This document shows positions 61,911 through 64,000 of a stretch of DNA of 64,000 nt, one piece after another. Both the position numbers and the translations under genes were made by a program. This stretch comes from Actinomycetes bacterium (GTDB lineage Bacteria > Actinomycetota > Actinomycetes > S36-B12): NCBI GenBank assembly GCA_024641635.1, contig JAHECS010000001.1, positions 119,845 through 183,844 of the forward strand. Direction: 5' to 3'. The notes beneath the pieces are model-generated. The model saw only the letters and a list, made by a program, of their open reading frames with translations. It was not told the DNA's origin and ran no database searches. The number at the start of each line of letters is the position of its first letter. The stretch's first letter is position 1.

Positions 61911-62384
61911 GTGCGCCGATCTCTTCTTCTGCCCGTCCTTGCCATCTCCGCCACGAGTCTCGCCCTTGTCGCCCTGCCCACAGCGGCGAACGCGAGCGTT
62001 CCTGCAGCAGCCAACAAGACCTTCACCCTGGTCGAGCACGCCGACACCGACGTGGTGACCGACACCGGCAAGAAGGGCGACTCCGCCGGCGACCTGCTCA
62101 CCTTCGCCAACGACCTCTACAACGCCGGCAACACGACGAAGGTCGGCACCGACAACGGCTACTGCGTCAGGACGGTTGTCGGCAAGGCGTGGGAGTGCTG
62201 GTGGACGGCAACGCTCAAGGGTGGCCAGATCACGGTCCAGGGTCCCTTCTATGACGCGGGCGACAGCACGTTGGCGATCACCGGTGGCACGGGGATCTAC
62301 GCCAAGGCCCGCGGGTATATGACGCTGCACGCTCGCAACGACCAGGGCAGCGAATACGACTTCACCTATCACGTCAAGCGCTGA
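61911..62384 (+). CDS. Secreted allene oxide cyclase / dirigent-like beta-barrel protein
   Basis: Signal peptide ending ANA; LVEH, GDLLTFANDLY, GYCV, ITVQGPFY, LAITGGTGIY resemble plant AOC. Confidence 0.8.
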   Translation: MRRSLLLPVLAISATSLALVALPTAANASVPAAANKTFTLVEHADTDVVTDTGKKGDSAGDLLTFANDLYNAGNTTKVGTDNGYCVRTVVGKAWECWWTATLKGGQITVQGPFYDAGDSTLAITGGTGIYAKARGYMTLHARNDQGSEYDFTYHVKR

Positions 62385-62394
62385 CCCGGTGCTC

Positions 62395-62435
62395 GCAGAC
62401 CGCCCCTTCGATCACGTTTCGGAGGGGCGGTGTGC
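62395..62435. terminator. Bidirectional terminator-like hairpin
   Basis: GCAGACCGCCCCTTCGA / TCGGAGGGGCGGTGTGC, 17-bp imperfect stem between convergent genes. Confidence 0.7.
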
Positions 62436-62470
62436 GGCAACCGCTCGTGCCACCCGCGGACGGCCTTCGG

Positions 62471-62542
<72 letters not shown>

Positions 62543-62650
62543 GAAGCGGTGGAACTCTACCTCACGCGTTCGCGTGCGTTTCGTGTGTACTCCCGCATCG
62601 CGGCGCGTGCGCCTCTACCATCGACGTACCAGCACACGGTGGAGGTCGCC

Positions 62651-63592
62651 ATGCCGAAGCGCGCACTCAAGGTCCTCATTCTCGCCACAGTCGTGGCCGT
62701 CGGAACCGCCCTCGTGGCGCCGCCCGCGTCGTCAGTACCGGCCGCGTCGTCGGGCATCAGCTTCACCAGCGGGACGCTGGCGAGGATCGGCGAGTACAAC
62801 TGGCTGAGCGTGGCGATCGGCACCTCGACCGGAACGCGCCCCAGTGGCGCCGTCCAGTTCTTCAACACCGACGGGGCCATCGTTGGCACCGCAAGCACGA
62901 GCGCCTCAGGCACGTCGGGCGCCACCGCCAGCATCCCGTGGTTCCCGACCGAGGAGAGGACCTACTCCTTCAACGCGACGTTCATCTCGGACAATCCGGC
63001 CGTGACGGGGTCCTCGACCACCGTGCCCTTCACCGTCTTCGCCACGCCGAGCGGCCAACCCCTGTCGATCTCGGTGCCCCAGCTCTACCAGGGCATCCCC
63101 GCCACCATCGTTGCCACGGTGTACCCCTCCAGCCTCGAAGGTTCTGTCGGGTTCTCCGTGAACGAGGCGAAGTACGGCGTCGGGCCGTCGGTCCCTGTGG
63201 TCAAGGGTCTGGCCACGCAGACGTTCACGCCCACGATGCGAGGCTGGAACCAGTTCATCGCCTCATTCACCGCGACCAACTCCCCCGGCACCCAGGGAGC
63301 TGTCGGGCAGTGGGTGAACGTCCTGCCGCCGATCGGCACGGATGACATCACGCTGATCCCGGCGGTCTCGTCTCTCTACCGGTACCAGAAGGTCGCCTTC
63401 ACCGTGTCGACGACGGCAGGCGCACCCGTGACCCTGACGGCGACGGGCGGCTGCGTGCTCGACGGGACGATCCTGACCGCGACGAAGAAGAGCGGCACGT
63501 GCGTCGTGACCGGTACCTCGCCGAGCACGGGCGGATACCTGGGCACGACCGAGTCGTGGACCATTGCGCTGACCCCGCGGCCGAAGAAGTAG
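62651..63592 (+). CDS. Secreted beta-rich protein with probable Ig-like domains
   Basis: GGAGG RBS, signal peptide, Ser/Thr/Gly-rich repeats with 'GAVQFF' and 'YSFNATF' Ig-like strands; C-terminal Cys pair. Confidence 0.75.
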   Translation: MPKRALKVLILATVVAVGTALVAPPASSVPAASSGISFTSGTLARIGEYNWLSVAIGTSTGTRPSGAVQFFNTDGAIVGTASTSASGTSGATASIPWFPTEERTYSFNATFISDNPAVTGSSTTVPFTVFATPSGQPLSISVPQLYQGIPATIVATVYPSSLEGSVGFSVNEAKYGVGPSVPVVKGLATQTFTPTMRGWNQFIASFTATNSPGTQGAVGQWVNVLPPIGTDDITLIPAVSSLYRYQKVAFTVSTTAGAPVTLTATGGCVLDGTILTATKKSGTCVVTGTSPSTGGYLGTTESWTIALTPRPKK

Positions 63593-63604
63593 CCCTCCGC
63601 GTTT

Positions 63605-63622
63605 CCCTGCGCCTTCGCAGGG
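63605..63622. terminator. Short hairpin after the secreted-protein gene
   Basis: CCCTGCG-CCTT-CGCAGGG. Confidence 0.45.
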
Positions 63623-63665
63623 TGGGCGGGTCTACCGTGATCACCATCCGACCGAAGGGAAGTCC

Positions 63666-64000
63666 ATGTCCTCAACCCGCCGCACCCGCGGACTCCTGGC
63701 CAGTTCGAGCGCCGTCGCCGCGGTCCTGCTGAGCACGCTGGCGGTGGCCGCGCCACCGGCCTCGGCCAACGTCATCGGCTTCGGCGGTCCCGTGGGTGTG
63801 CCGCAGACTGTGACGGTGTCCAACACCAGCCCCAACTTGGTCGGCCAGTCCACCTGCACCGTGGTCCCGACCATCAACGGGGTCGCCCAATTGCCCGCCA
63901 CTGGCGCGCTCATCAACGGCACGCTGACCTTCCCGTGGACACCGCAGGTCGTCGGCGCTGCGACCTTCAGCCTGGCTGACTGCTCAACCACCTCGAACAT
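63666..64000 (+). CDS. Secreted protein (5' part; truncated at window edge)
   Basis: MSSTRRTRGLLASSSAVAAVLLSTLAVAAPPASA signal peptide, then a beta-rich sequence with FPWTP resembling IPWFP of the upstream gene; open to the end of the window. Confidence 0.7.
   Translation, partial: MSSTRRTRGLLASSSAVAAVLLSTLAVAAPPASANVIGFGGPVGVPQTVTVSNTSPNLVGQSTCTVVPTINGVAQLPATGALINGTLTFPWTPQVVGAATFSLADCSTTSN

Overview
64 kb of core chromosome from a high-GC actinobacterium, mostly on the minus strand. It holds three conserved blocks: uvrA-uvrB-coaE-rpsA-polA with a branched-chain amino acid type ABC transporter, an ANTAR regulator and tRNA-Leu; nusB-efp-pepQ-aroQBKCE-mltG-ruvX-alaS-rarA-aspS-hisS-rel-apt-secFD-yajC-ruvBAC-yebC-pdxTS; and the PIM genes (pimA-patA-pgsA), EF-G2, HIT, thrS and tRNA-Val, followed by secreted-protein genes. 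I saw no CRISPR array, prophage, integrase or DDE/HUH transposase. Two observations stand out. (1) A family of about 66-76 bp palindromes (consensus arm CCGCCGAGAGGCA-N5-TGGTCG(T/C)) has three copies. Two bracket a solo AbiEi-like/DUF559 (Vsr-like) nuclease gene, so the 1.16 kb module has 25-bp terminal inverted repeats. The third is a solo copy 16 kb away. The layout resembles REP/RAYT or IS/MITE pairs but with a PD-(D/E)XK-type nuclease, which makes it a candidate undescribed mobile system (inference). (2) The ABC transporter's substrate-binding lipoprotein appears naturally circularly permuted: the usual C-terminal third precedes the usual N-terminal two-thirds. Lesser findings include a secreted allene-oxide-cyclase-like protein, an ARD-like cupin with a His-to-Asn ligand change, a 33-bp tandem repeat in a divergent promoter, tandem TerC genes coupled to uvrB, a LexA box before ruvC, GlnR-like boxes and widespread leaderless promoters. 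Family assignments come from motif recognition by eye; no database searches were run.
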